Source: Eledone cirrhosa
Lineage: Eukaryota
DNA length: 64,000 bases
Reading direction: 5' to 3'
Assembly (NCBI GenBank): GCA_964016885.1
Contig: OZ024743.1
Span: 296,174,001-296,238,000, forward strand
The notes below the pieces were generated by a model, which did not search any database, had not been told where the DNA came from, and saw only the letters and a list, made by a program, of their open reading frames with translations. Positions 29,600 through 43,114 of the stretch are shown here, piece after piece; the stretch's first letter is position 1; each line of letters begins with the position of its first letter. Both the position numbers and the translations under genes were made by a program.

Positions 29600-30930
29600 A
29601 GCAAATGTATCGCAGCTATTCCGGTGACAGGTGGCACGATTTGAACACAGGGCGCACAAAACCTGAACAGATACTGAAAAGCATATCATCTAACATTTTA
29701 ACAATTCCGCCCATCCCCTACCCTAGGATTGGTGCATAATTTATGAATCCAGATAGGATGAAAGGTAAAGTTGACCTTGGTAACATGTGAACTCAGAGTG
29801 CAGAGAAACGGAGCAAATCCTGCACTGTAACGACTTTGCCATTTCACCACCAACTCATTTCTTATTCAAATCACATTATATTTCCTCAATATTCGATTCT
29901 GTAGTATATATTGTAGAAGTTATATGAAATGTTGAATGGATTTTAGAAATACTAGCAATCTAATAGATTTGGTAAAATTTTTAGTTTAGGACAAAATACC
30001 TAGTGCTGTTTGTTCTGGCTCTCTGCACTCTTACTACTCGCCGTGTATAGAGTATATATGGGTATGGGTACCATTGAAATAGTATTAGCAACTCAACTAA
30101 AGAGGTTTTTGAAAGAGAAGCTAAAACGAATGTCACCTCAGCACAGGGAAATTTTACTTCTGAATATGTGATGCTCTTTAACCCTCAGCGATTGACACTC
30201 ATGTAATATGTCTGTTGATTCGGATTTGGTGCAACATCAATTTTAAAAGGGAAAGTAAAATAAATTTAATCGATCCTTGAATAGAAATTCCACTTACTTT
30301 ATTGACTGGGAAGAGATTAAACATAAATACAATCCCATCGTGATTTGATCCCCAAACTCAGAGATAAAGCTACAAGCTATAAGGTTTTTATTCCAGTAAA
30401 TTATCTTTTTCTGCCAGTACAACGTCATGTTCGAGAAAAACAAATATTGATTTGTTTATATTGGCCCGAAAATAGAAAATTGTAAGGTAAGAGCATAATC
30501 GATGAAATCGATCCCAATTGTGGATTGTACTTATTTTATCGATCGCTGATTAAAAACAAACTCGATCTCAGAAGGTTAGGTTTTGAATAGAGAAAGAAGA
30601 GAGATAACATAAGTGTTTCTAAAATTGCTACAAGGCAAGAAATATAGGGAAAGGGTTAGGCAATTAAATCGACACCAATACTTGACTGCTATTTTATTGT
30701 ATCGACCCTGGGAGGATTAAAAAATGATCTCGGTGTGTAGAATTGGAACTCAGAACGTAAAGAAAAGGAAAAGAAAAAATAATGGTTTCTAATTTTGACA
30801 CAAGTCCAGAAATTTTAGAAAGAAAAGAAAATCGATTATATCAACCTTCACTGGTATTTTATTTCACCAACCTCACTAGGAAGAAAGGCAATTTAACTTT
30901 GGTGGGATTTGACCTCAGAATGTAAAGAAA
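29600..30930 (-). mobile_element. Cluster of decayed SINE fragments (family of 324-506)
   Basis: Repeated GGATGAAAGG.AAAGTTGACC..GG..ATTTGAACTCAGA and GTTTCTAA..TTG..ACAAG motifs in the same orientation. Confidence 0.6.
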
Positions 30931-31226
30931 GATAAAGTAATGAAGACAACTACTATGTAATGGATGCCTTCCAAACTAATAGTTTTTTTTTTGTTCTTTT
31001 AACTCCATAGCTCACGTGTAAAGAAAAGCAAACATAAAATTGCGCCCCATCTATATCTACCTATCAGTGGAGGTGTAAATATAACAATATATTTACGATA
31101 CAAAACAACAATACATCAAAATTTCTTGTATTAAAATTATTGTTTATATATCAATGTCTGAAAGGTGAGCATTGTATAAGAGTTGTAAGAATGAATCTTC
31201 TGGTCATTCTTCCCAGTCTATCTTCC

Positions 31227-31643
31227 GGTTTCGATGCTCACCAACAAAAAACAATTTGCAAACAAGAACTTCTACTTTAGCTTCGGATAGCTTTGTGAGT
31301 GGAATTTGACTCACGGAAACTGTGCGGAAGCCCATTTATGGGGGGTCGGTTGAAAAGTTCATAGGCTGACCAAGATACTCTCATGGAATTTCCAAATAAG
31401 GTTCATTTTTCAACATAATCCCTAGAAGGAAACAATGTTGTTATTAATAAGAAGAGTTGAAATGAATGCATGCAGGATTTCACACCTAACATCACTCCTT
31501 CATAGTCAGCCTATGAACTTTTCAGCGGATCCTCATAAATGGGCTTCGGCACAGTTTCCATGAGTCAAATTCCATTCACAAAGCCAACCGAGGCTAAAGT
31601 AGAAGTACTTGTTTGCGATTTTTTGTTGGTGAGTATCGAAACC
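31227..31643. mobile_element. Palindromic composite: mariner-like MITE (31337-31537) with inverted SINE-tail-like arms
   Basis: Inner TIR TATGGGGGGTCGGTTGAAAAGTTCATAGGCTGAC / GTCAGCCTATGAACTTTTCAGCGGATCCTCATA; the inverted symmetry extends another ~110 bp on each side. Confidence 0.75.
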
Positions 31644-31834
31644 ACATGTTAGACTTGTATGTATGTATAGTCCCTTAACTCCTGATAGAGCTGTAGTGGC
31701 GCCGTATAGACATACGGCGTTTCTTGGGCATTTTACGCCTGGTGGAGCTCATCCCTGGCCAGGCTTGACTACAGCAGATTTCTTCCGGAGAAAGATAGAA
31801 AGTGAGAGAGAGAAAAATAATAAATAGATAAAGG

Positions 31835-32210
31835 TAGAATCGACCCCAGTACTAGACTGGTACTTTTATCAACCTCGAAAGGATGAAAGGCAAAGTTGTC
31901 CCGGTGGGATGTGCACTCTGTGAGCAGAGAGCCACAACGAATACCGTAAAGCATTCTATCCGACCTTTTAACGACTCTGTCAGTTCGCTGCCTATTAAAG
32001 GAATGATCGACTTTCGTCAAATCGGACCGAGGGAACAATGTTTCCGTTGGTCTTTCCAATACTATCTATCGGTCGCAACTCCAGGTAGAAGGAGCAACGT
32101 GAAATAAAGTGTCTTGCTCAAGGACATAACGCATCACCTGGTCCAGGAATCGAACTCACAACCTTACGATTGCGAATCCAATTCTCTAACCACTCAACCA
32201 CACGCCTTCG
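31835..32210 (-). mobile_element. Two adjacent tRNA-derived SINE copies (families 1 and 2)
   Basis: 31835-31995 matches family 1; 32085-32210 has GTGGTTGAGTGGTTAG / GAGTTCGATTCC boxes and the GTCCTTGAGCAAGACACTTTATTTCAC core, also seen at ~51240-51330 and ~55520-55630. Confidence 0.75.
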
Positions 32211-33683
32211 CTGCCTATATGATATACTTATATGACCAAAAGATTCATTCTTACTATATAACACTTATACAATACTCACCTCTCAGACATTGATATATTT
32301 AATTGTGACTTTCTGTAATTCTTTAAACAAGTCTCTTTATATCTAAGCGTTAATTGGCAATGCGATAAATAAAGATCCATAAAGATGATCTGGACTGAAA
32401 TCCGTATAGGGCTCATTATGAAAGACTAAAGTATTTGAAGGTGATGCCCCAGAATGACCACAGTTTAATGAATGAAGTCAGTAAAAGAATCAAATGATTG
32501 CACTTTTCTTACCTTTATGACTATTTTTGCATTCGTGTGATTAGCGAAGATAATTCTTCCGTTCGGCAGGATGCAGAGCGTTTTTCTACCCATTGAACTC
32601 AATACTGTAAACCAAAAACCAGTTGTCAATTTTACACTGTTTCTATTACGCCCATGTTTGTGTTTTTGTTTCTGGTGATGACGTGTGAGTCTGTGTGTAT
32701 GTGTCTATGTATACACGCACGCACACACGCACACATACACATATATATATATATGTATATATAATCTAGTTTAATAAGTTGAGATATCAAGAAGTTTTAA
32801 ACCTCAATGTATGTGTATGGTCCACAAATGAAATAAAAATATTCATCCAAGTTGTAATCCATGGGGTAAACAATCCAAATGTTATACAAGTGTAAGTTTA
32901 CATAGCATAAATAGCATAAATAATAATTAATAATGCAACCAAGTGTTTAAGGAGAAATGTTTTTCGTTAGTTTTATGTATTTTTCAATAACTGAAGAAAA
33001 ATCTATAGATAGGATAAAAACGATTCCCCTTTAGTAATATAACACTGTATGGAAGTAAATCCATATACAAGGAACCATGTTTTAAAAAAAAAAAAAATAG
33101 TAAAATAAAATAAAATATCCTTACATATATTAATATTCGATCTGATTATATCTCCAGAAATGATAAAAAATTAAAATACAATTCTACGAAGAGACCTTTT
33201 CGACAGATGCCTGCAAACGGATTAACACACTGCTCACAGTATCATGGGCTGGTATACATATACGAAATTAAGACTGCCAGTTATCTGAACTTGACGGCAA
33301 ATACATCATGAACAAACCAAGCTATCCACAAATTCAAACAAACGTCATCCATAAACTCTCGCACACCACTTCACTCACCAGCCCCACATACCGCACCGGG
33401 AAAAGTAAAACCACAAACTAGCTTATATATATATGTATATATCGATGCACAGTGGGGTGACATCCATTATAATATTTTAGCATGGCAATTTACATTCAAA
33501 AATTAAAATCATATTAAAAGAAAATTAAAACAAAATTAAAGTTAAAATACAACATCGGTAGTTTACGAAGATAATGCAAGAGGATAGTTTGAAGTATTGA
33601 AGTAGTTAGTATATGCAATAGTTACACGTGGGGCATGCACGTGTGTCTTATTTATATAAGATTAATGTGCGGCAAGGTGTTAT

Positions 33684-35378
33684 ATGCAATACAAGCACTT
33701 TAAGCGGGTAAACAAGAGTATTATGGGGGTTGCACTGGTAAAGTATTTTTTATGTATGATAAAACTAGTTAAGAACATTAAGTACAAAAAGCACCGTAAT
33801 AAAAACAACACCTTCTTAAACAAACTTAACACCTCTATTAATGAATTCAAAACTAGTAATAAAATTATTGTATATGCGGACAAAACTAATAACATATACA
33901 GCCTAGATTATAATACATATAGAAAGTTTATATATAATGAACTACATAAAAGCTACAAAAAAACTACTATGAAAAACTTGGAAGATATTAATATGGAAGG
34001 CTATAATATAGTATCCAAACTAGGACTTCAGAGACATACACAACCATATACCCCAAACACCCATAGATTCTCTCTGAAGGACCATAAGGAGGACTTCATT
34101 AGCAACCCCTCAATTAGACTTATCTGCCCTTCCAAGTCAGACATTGGCATTATCAGTAAGAAAATTTTAGATACAATAATCCCACAGATTAAACACAAGA
34201 TATACCTTAAACAATGGGGAAATACGGGTGAAGTTATTGAATGGTTCAAAGATATCAAGGATAACAAGGATAAAAAATTTATTCAATTTGATATCAATTC
34301 ATACTACACCTCTATTTCCCCTATCCTATTAAATAAGGCACTAATCATGGCCATGGACAATAGTGACCTGACTAGACCCCAGATTGATGTCATTCTTGCG
34401 GCCCGTAAAACCGTAATCACCTTTGAAGACCAATTATGGACCCGCAAGGATACGCAAAACAACTTCGACATAACCATTGGATCTAGTGACTCGGCGCAGG
34501 TCACTGATTTGGTCGGCCTATATTTACTTAACGAAATCCATAAGGACCTTCCATACCTCAACGGTGGTTTGTACCGCGATGATGCACTTCTACTTATAGA
34601 CTATAAAAAATTAAATATAGAAAGAACTAGAAAACTATTGCACAAGACATTCAAAAACTATAACCTTAGTATCACCATAGACAAAAACACTAAAAACGTT
34701 AACTTCCTAGACGCCACCCTCTACCTAGACTCAAAGATATATACACCTTTCCATAAACCTAATGAAAAACTGATTTACGTAGATACCAAGTCTAACCACC
34801 CTAGATCAATATTAAACTCTATCTCTAAGGGAGTATCCAATAGAATCTCTAATCTATCCTATGACGTAAATATATTTAGCAAAAACTCACAATATTATAA
34901 TCAGGCATTAGCTAGATCAGGCCATAATATAGAGATCGAGTTCCTACCTACAAAATCACATAGTTACAACATTATTTCGCACAATATGTCCATGAGGAAA
35001 TTTAGTAATAAGAATAGCAACCACACACACACTAATACGAAGGATGCCAACAAACGTAACCCACACCACAGAAGTTACCATGGTACCATAAAAGGAAACA
35101 ACTCATCAGACATAAAAAACAAAAATAGAAGAAGAAATAATACATTTTCCAACCCTCCTTTCAATCTAAACGTCTCTACCAACCCACCTAAGGCTTTCTT
35201 CTCACTCCTAGATAAAAACTTCCCATCTGGCCACAAGTACCATAGCCTTTTAAACAAAAACACAATTAAAATCTCCTACTCTACTACGCCTAACATAGCA
35301 TACCACATAGCTAGCAGCAATAAAAGAAAAATTAATTCTTACTTCCAACAAACTAAATCACAACATTATATCAACTAA
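33684..35378 (+). CDS. PLE reverse transcriptase (first ~27 aa come from the inverted UTR)
   Basis: ADKTNNIY; LKDHKEDF..PSIRLICPSKSDIG; FIQFDINSYY; GSSDSAQV.DLVGL; YRDD; VNFLD; SNHP. Confidence 0.9.
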   Translation: MQYKHFKRVNKSIMGVALVKYFLCMIKLVKNIKYKKHRNKNNTFLNKLNTSINEFKTSNKIIVYADKTNNIYSLDYNTYRKFIYNELHKSYKKTTMKNLEDINMEGYNIVSKLGLQRHTQPYTPNTHRFSLKDHKEDFISNPSIRLICPSKSDIGIISKKILDTIIPQIKHKIYLKQWGNTGEVIEWFKDIKDNKDKKFIQFDINSYYTSISPILLNKALIMAMDNSDLTRPQIDVILAARKTVITFEDQLWTRKDTQNNFDITIGSSDSAQVTDLVGLYLLNEIHKDLPYLNGGLYRDDALLLIDYKKLNIERTRKLLHKTFKNYNLSITIDKNTKNVNFLDATLYLDSKIYTPFHKPNEKLIYVDTKSNHPRSILNSISKGVSNRISNLSYDVNIFSKNSQYYNQALARSGHNIEIEFLPTKSHSYNIISHNMSMRKFSNKNSNHTHTNTKDANKRNPHHRSYHGTIKGNNSSDIKNKNRRRNNTFSNPPFNLNVSTNPPKAFFSLLDKNFPSGHKYHSLLNKNTIKISYSTTPNIAYHIASSNKRKINSYFQQTKSQHYIN

Positions 35379-35949
35379 CCCTGATAACAATAGTAATAAT
35401 AGTAATAACACTAGTGTAAGCAATAACGCTGGGAACGACAACCCCCATAACCATAATCCTACAGCTAACATCCAGACTTCTACGCAACATAATAACCGGC
35501 AGACTAACACCCAGAATAATTGTAACTGTAGATCTAATAGAACCTGCCCTTTAGATAAAAAATGCTTAATCAAGGATATCATATACTCATGCACCATCAC
35601 AACTAGCAACTCTTCTGAAACCTATATAGGCTCTACTTCAAACTGCTTCAAAACCAGATACAATTCGCACCTCCACTCTTTCAAAAAACACAGTCTAGCC
35701 AATTCCACTTCACTATCTAGCTACATACACTATCTAAAAACTAAAAATAGATCTTATACACTTAAATGGGAAGTGATAGTTAAGGCGACTTCGTACAAAC
35801 CACCTAATAAATTTTGTAACCTCTGTCTACTAGAGACCCATACTATTATCTTCTCAAACCATAACCTCCTTAATAAAAAATCGGAAGTGTTCGCGTCATG
35901 CCAGCACCGCTTCCGACACTCCTTCCAAAACTTTAAACCCTATATATAG
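35341..35949 (+). pseudogene. GIY-YIG endonuclease of the same PLE, +1 frame relative to RT (absent from ORF track)
   Basis: Open frame: N-rich linker, then CNCRSNRTCPLDKKCLIKDIIYSCTI...TYIGSTSNCFKTRYNSH...FCNLCLLE...LLNKKSEVFASCQHR, TAG at 35947-35949. Confidence 0.9.
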
Positions 35950-37421
35950 CAACGTCAGACTTGAACCCATCACCACTTCTAGCAACACACCTCAAGGGCA
36001 CACATTACACCACAACTCCACACTCAATGATCTACCCTATCTTAACACAATTAGTGACATCTATCTAGAACCTTTTACCCTAGAAATATCCCCATGTACA
36101 TCTACTTTTAGTATGATTGCCTCCAATTACTTAGACTACATTACACCACTATATAATTAAATGTAAACTTTAAACACTGAATTGTTTGTGCTATTGTTGT
36201 TCTGTCTATGGAGTGCCATCGTTGGATAAATAGAAGATTAATTTATTAATTTATTAACATAAAAGAGCTATATAACCTATATGTTGAGCACAATGAATTA
36301 TGTACAAGTGGTATATGAGTTATACATACATGTATGACTTGATAGACAGATTAATGACATTGTAAGTGAGAATTGCTCTCTGGTCTACCCTAGAGATATT
36401 TAACTTTGCCATGCAATCAGACATGCGCTGACCCAGAGCTTACCAGGGGTTTATATAGACGTAGTTCTAATAAAACCCTGCCAGGTTCTGTGGGTAGACT
36501 ATATTTACAAAGATCATTGATTTGGAGATCTGACTCTTCATGTCGAATATTCAGTGGTGGCACTCTATGATAGAGGGTAATCATCCTAATATGGATACCT
36601 TTAGTACTTCATGATAGAGTAGACTGTAATTTAAAGATAGGATACTTAAATTTAGAAACTGTTTATAACCATATATGTAAGTGACTCAATTGGGACACCG
36701 TTTAATGTACATTGGAATAATAAATTTAGTTATAGAAATCAGCTAGTTACCTCCCCTCACGCATTAACCCCCCTTAATCACACACATACTTCCGGAAAAT
36801 AAAACGATGTAAATTCTCGCAACAAAAACAACCTGCTCTATAAATTGGATTAAAGAACAACATGCTGTAATAATTTAACCTAATACATCAAGCTTCCGAT
36901 ACTGAATCATCGTGAATTATGTGAAGGACATATAATCTATATATTACGTTTCCTGGATTGTGAAAATGGTGGTGTATACGAAAACCATAACATTATTTTG
37001 CTTCTCATTCTTAATATTTCTCTGCACACAAGCTTCTTTATCATACATAAAAATACTTTACCAGTGCAACCCCCATAATACTCTTGTTTACCCGATTAAA
37101 GTGCTTGTATTGCATATAACACCTTGCCGCACATTAATCTTATATAAATAAGACACACGTGCATGCCCCACGTGTAACTATTGCATACACTAACTACTTC
37201 AAACTATCCTCTTGCATTATCTTCGTAAACTGCCGATGTTGTATTTTAACTTTAATTTTGTTTTAATTTTCTTTTAATATGATTTTAATTTTTGAATGTA
37301 AATTGCCATGCTAAAATATTATAATGGATGTCACCCCACTGTGCATAGATATATACATGTGTTTCTGGATGTCTCTTGTATTGGAAAGGAGGTCGTGTAT
37401 GTAAACAATCATTGAAAAATT

Positions 37422-37466
37422 GCTCCGAAGACTCAAAACCTCGGTTTGGACGAAACAATTGTAAGC
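37422..37466 (+). ncRNA. Minimal HHR (U4C variant)
   Basis: GCT-CCGAAGA-C-TCAAAACC TC GGTTTGGA-C-GAAA-CAATTG-TA-AGC, then AATAAA. Confidence 0.7.
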
Positions 37467-37655
37467 TAATAAATGGTTTGAACATTGTGATTTCTATATA
37501 ACTGCTCTGTAGAACTACTGATGTTATTACATTGATCTATTTATCTTACTGGTAATAAGGTAGTTATAAATTACTGTCTTTCACTGTTTAGGGTTTAACA
37601 TATATATAACTATAAAAAGTTTTAGTATATACATAACCATAAATAGAATCCTTAA

Positions 37656-38837
<1,182 letters not shown>

Positions 38838-41550
38838 TTAACATTTCAAATACAAACCTCTCAGCCCAACAAGTAAAAATTCTCTCCAAAGGTCTGAAAT
38901 TCACACCAACACCACAATATCCTAACCCCAACGAGATAAATGACGATATCTCACACTTCTGTAGAAAATTACGTCTCACAGAGGAATTCTTTGACAAGGA
39001 GAATAACGACGAATCAATTGTACGGAATAAAAGCAGCTACAACCCAACAAAAGGTAGAAACAGAGTTCTGGACAAATTTTGTGACCACATAGCTACCTTC
39101 CCATACCATGAACTACCGCAACCTAAACCCAAACCCAACACAAGTCGAAGGGAATGGGAGATTATCCATGAACTAAAAAACAATCCGGACATTGTAATTA
39201 AGGAAGCGGACAAGGGAAGTACTGTTGTCATTATGGAGGCTGAAAAATATAAAAATTCTATGTTCTCTCTCTTACAAAATGCTAATTACTATGAAAGAGT
39301 AAAAAACTACCAGCAATCAAAAATAATGACCAAATTAAACACACTGATTTATCGATACCAGGAAGACCTAACTAAAAAGGAACGCGACTATTTAACAAAT
39401 TTTGAATACAAAACCAGCAACCTTTACGGACTTCCAAAGATCCACAAATGTAAAATAATCAACGATGCCTGTAAACAATCCACCTCAGCCTGCGTGAACA
39501 CACAATAACCCACAGACCTTAAATTAAGACCAATTGTAGCGGGCCCACAATGTGAAACACACAGATTGAGCAACTTTATAGACATACTACTGAAACCAAT
39601 ACTGAAACACATACCAAGCCTTGTAAGAGACGATCTGGACCTCTTAAACCACCTCCCCAAACATGTCAACAACGACACTATTATTGTGTCTTTCGATGTA
39701 GTGAATCTCTACACAACGATCCCACACCAATACAGACTAGAAGCAATAGGATTCTGGCTAGAGAAATATCCCAATGAGATACCTGACAGAATAGAAAAAA
39801 GCTTCATCACCGAGGGATTAAAATTCATCCTACAGAACAACTTTTTTTATTTCGATGGCAATACTTACAAGCAAATATCGGGGACTGCGATGGGCACAAA
39901 AGCTGCTCCAACTTATGCCAACTTAGTCATGGCATACTTAGAAGTCCAGATATATGAACAGTCCAAATCAAAATACGGATTGAACTTCCACAAATATTTA
40001 TCAGTGAATTGGAAACGCTACTTGGATGATTGCCTCATTCTTTGGTCCCACACACTCGACCAACTGAAAGATTTCAAAAACTTAATAAACGGCATCAATA
40101 ACCACATTCAATTCACAATGGAATACAGCCAAGATCAACTCCCATTTCTGGACATCTTAATCACAAAAAAAGACACAAATATCGAAACTGACATACACTA
40201 CAAACCAACAGATTCCAAACAATATCTGCTATTCACCTCCAACCATCCAAAGCACACGAAGACGAACATTCCTTTTAACCTAGCAAGAAGAATTTGCACA
40301 ATTGTCTCCAATTATGAAACGCGAAATAAAAGACTTCAAGAATTAAAGGAAATTCTACTTGAGAGAGAGTACCCACTATTACTAATAAATAATGGAATAG
40401 AAAGGGCTAAAGCAATAGGCATTGATGAATTACGGAAACAGAAACAAATTCAAGGTACGTCCAATATTCTATCATATATCTCAACACACAACCCAAGAAA
40501 TGCGGAAGCTTACAACACTATTCACAATAACATCCCACTACTAAAACAAAACCCAAGAATGAAAAAAGCCCTTGAAACACACAAAATAATCAAAAGCAAA
40601 AGACAACCAAAATCACTGAAAACATTACTCACCAATGCCAAATTACCTACCACAAACCCACAACCAAGTATCAAAAAATGTGGTCGCTCTAATTGTGGAA
40701 CCTGCACTCATCTCATTGAAGGCAACACGTATACATTTAAATCAGGACAAAATTTTACTGTAAAAAATCACTTCACTTGCTCATCAAAAAATCTAATTTA
40801 TGCCATTAAATGTAAAGGATGCAATGAAGATTATATAGGACAAACTAAACTCACACTCAGAAACAGAATGACAGTTCATCGCCAACAATTACGAGATCCA
40901 ACCACGAGACAGATACCACTAAGTGCATATCTAGACATTTGCGCAAGTAATAAGACACCCAAATTCCAAGTCTTCCCATTTTACCTTTGCGCTAACAATA
41001 CAACAGAACAAATGCGAATAAATAAGGAAAATATGTTTATTCAAAAATATAGACCAACATTAAATAAGGTTTAATATACATTATGTCAACACCACAATAT
41101 GACATACACACACACACACATAACACCTTCTACTTTAGAAAATAAAAACCCGAACTAAATAAACCTTAAACATACGTTTGCACTGGCAATACAATAGCAA
41201 ACACGAAAAAGTCAGGAAAATATGTTCATTCAAAAATATTCCTACTAAAGGAATCATTTTCCTACACACACACATACACACACACACAATATATATATAT
41301 ATATATATTCTCTTCATCTTAACATGCTAACCATACTCCCACACACATAACACCCATACACACACATAACAACCCCCACACCTACAACACCCTCCCCATT
41401 TCTACTAATAGAACCACTTTCCTACACACATATATATATACACACACACAAAATATATATTCTCTCTATCTAACATACTCGCACACACACACATAACACA
41501 CAACTCCCTCCCCCATCTCTACTAATAGAATCATCTTCCAATACACACAT

Positions 41551-41583
<33 letters not shown>

Positions 41584-42053
41584 AGCACACAAATAAACAC
41601 ATATCTTCAGTCTCAATAGAAAATCTGAACTCTGACACCTGAACTCTGACAGCTGGCCATATTCACTGAACCAGAACATTTCTCCCAATCCCTTTTCCCT
41701 TGACCACTATCTCTCCATTGTCATAACATTCACTATAAAGACTACAGAATAGTTTTCCAAATAAGGGCGCAAAAATGTAATGAAAACTTGTTCACGTGAT
41801 AGCCAAATTTCATTTATAACCAACCAAAAAAAAGCCTTCGTGAGCCTCATTTTTTCAAGTAAAAAGAAATTCAAACACTCATATATGAAAAAAACAACCT
41901 GTGACAACCCCCCCCTCTCTTATTTGAAGAACTATTGTAACGCGAACTGGCACGAAATTTATTATAATTATTGACAAACCAATCATATAAAACAAGTAAC
42001 ATTTAGAGACCAACCAGATGTGAGAAAAACCACAGACCCTTCATCTCAACTCA

Positions 42054-42091
42054 CCTTTTGAAAAGCAGAAGAACTGCGAAACCGGTAAAGG
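42054..42091 (+). ncRNA. Minimal HHR, U3-A8 core variant
   Basis: CCTT-TTGAAAA-GCAG AAGAA CTGC-GAAA-CCGG-TA-AAGG, then AATAAA; same core at 21957-21994. Confidence 0.8.
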
Positions 42092-42222
42092 AACCAAATA
42101 AATATATATATTTTTTAAAAAAATAAGACTTCAGTTGCATTTTCGATTTCATCCCTTTTTCTTTATACTTCCACTCGTGTAGGACACCTCGGTTATTTTT
42201 CATTTTGTAAAAAAAACCTCAC

Positions 42223-42304
<82 letters not shown>

Positions 42305-42308
<4 letters not shown>

Positions 42309-42493
42309 CGAAGGACATGTGGTAAGGAACCAGATGGACCATAACGCACCAAAGTACTCAATACTTAGGGTAGTAGAGTGGGTAATAGGAACGAGTAGGA
42401 CCCAACGGCTGAGCTCAAGCCGTTTCGACTGTAGTCCAGAATTAGCCGTCGAAACGGCTTGAACTCAGCCGTCGGGGTCCTACTCGTTCCTAT
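42305..42493 (-). mobile_element. Short fold-back PLE tail (family of 1349-2640) in (TA)n
   Basis: Reverse complement of the 8920-9105 structure with a different inversion breakpoint. Confidence 0.85.
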
Positions 42494-43114
42494 ATATATA
42501 TATATATATAGTTTTGCGAGGTTTTTGATATGAAATCATGTGTCGAAACAAATATTGTTATACTTGGGGAGGGTCATATTTGTGTAATATTGCCAGAATT
42601 AATAACAGAACACACTCACTGTTTGGTTGGTTTTCGCTTTTCGCTTCTTGTCTTTTATATCGGTTAATTTAATTTATTCGGTCCTCAATGTTGCCATTGA
42701 CTGACCAACGGTCAAAAATCCAGATACAATATAGACACAAACACATATATATAGTCTATCAAAGTTCTTTCATCGCACATCTGCAACATCGTCAGTGGTG
42801 CTATTGTTTCCTCCCATTGCATCGTATGTCTACGCCATCTTTATTTAGTCTGTTTATATATTTATTTATTTGTTTACTTTTTGTCTTCTTTGCGCATGCG
42901 TTTGCGTGTGTGTATAGTGTTTTGTTTGATGTGTGTTCGTGTTTGGGTGACTGTGTATTGGTTAATGTATTCTATCTTTACTAGTGTGTGTTTATATGTG
43001 TTTGTTGTTATTGTGCTTGTGTATGTATTTATTTATTTATCTATTTATTTATTTATTTATTTATTTATTTATACTTCTCTTAGGTCAGTGTTGATAGATA
43101 GATAGATAGATAGA

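Noticed and set aside
39506-39508. In-frame stop in RT as possible selenocysteine recoding (reported for Naiad PLEs)
   Set aside because: The codon is TAA, not TGA, and the EN is C-terminal; most likely a point mutation.
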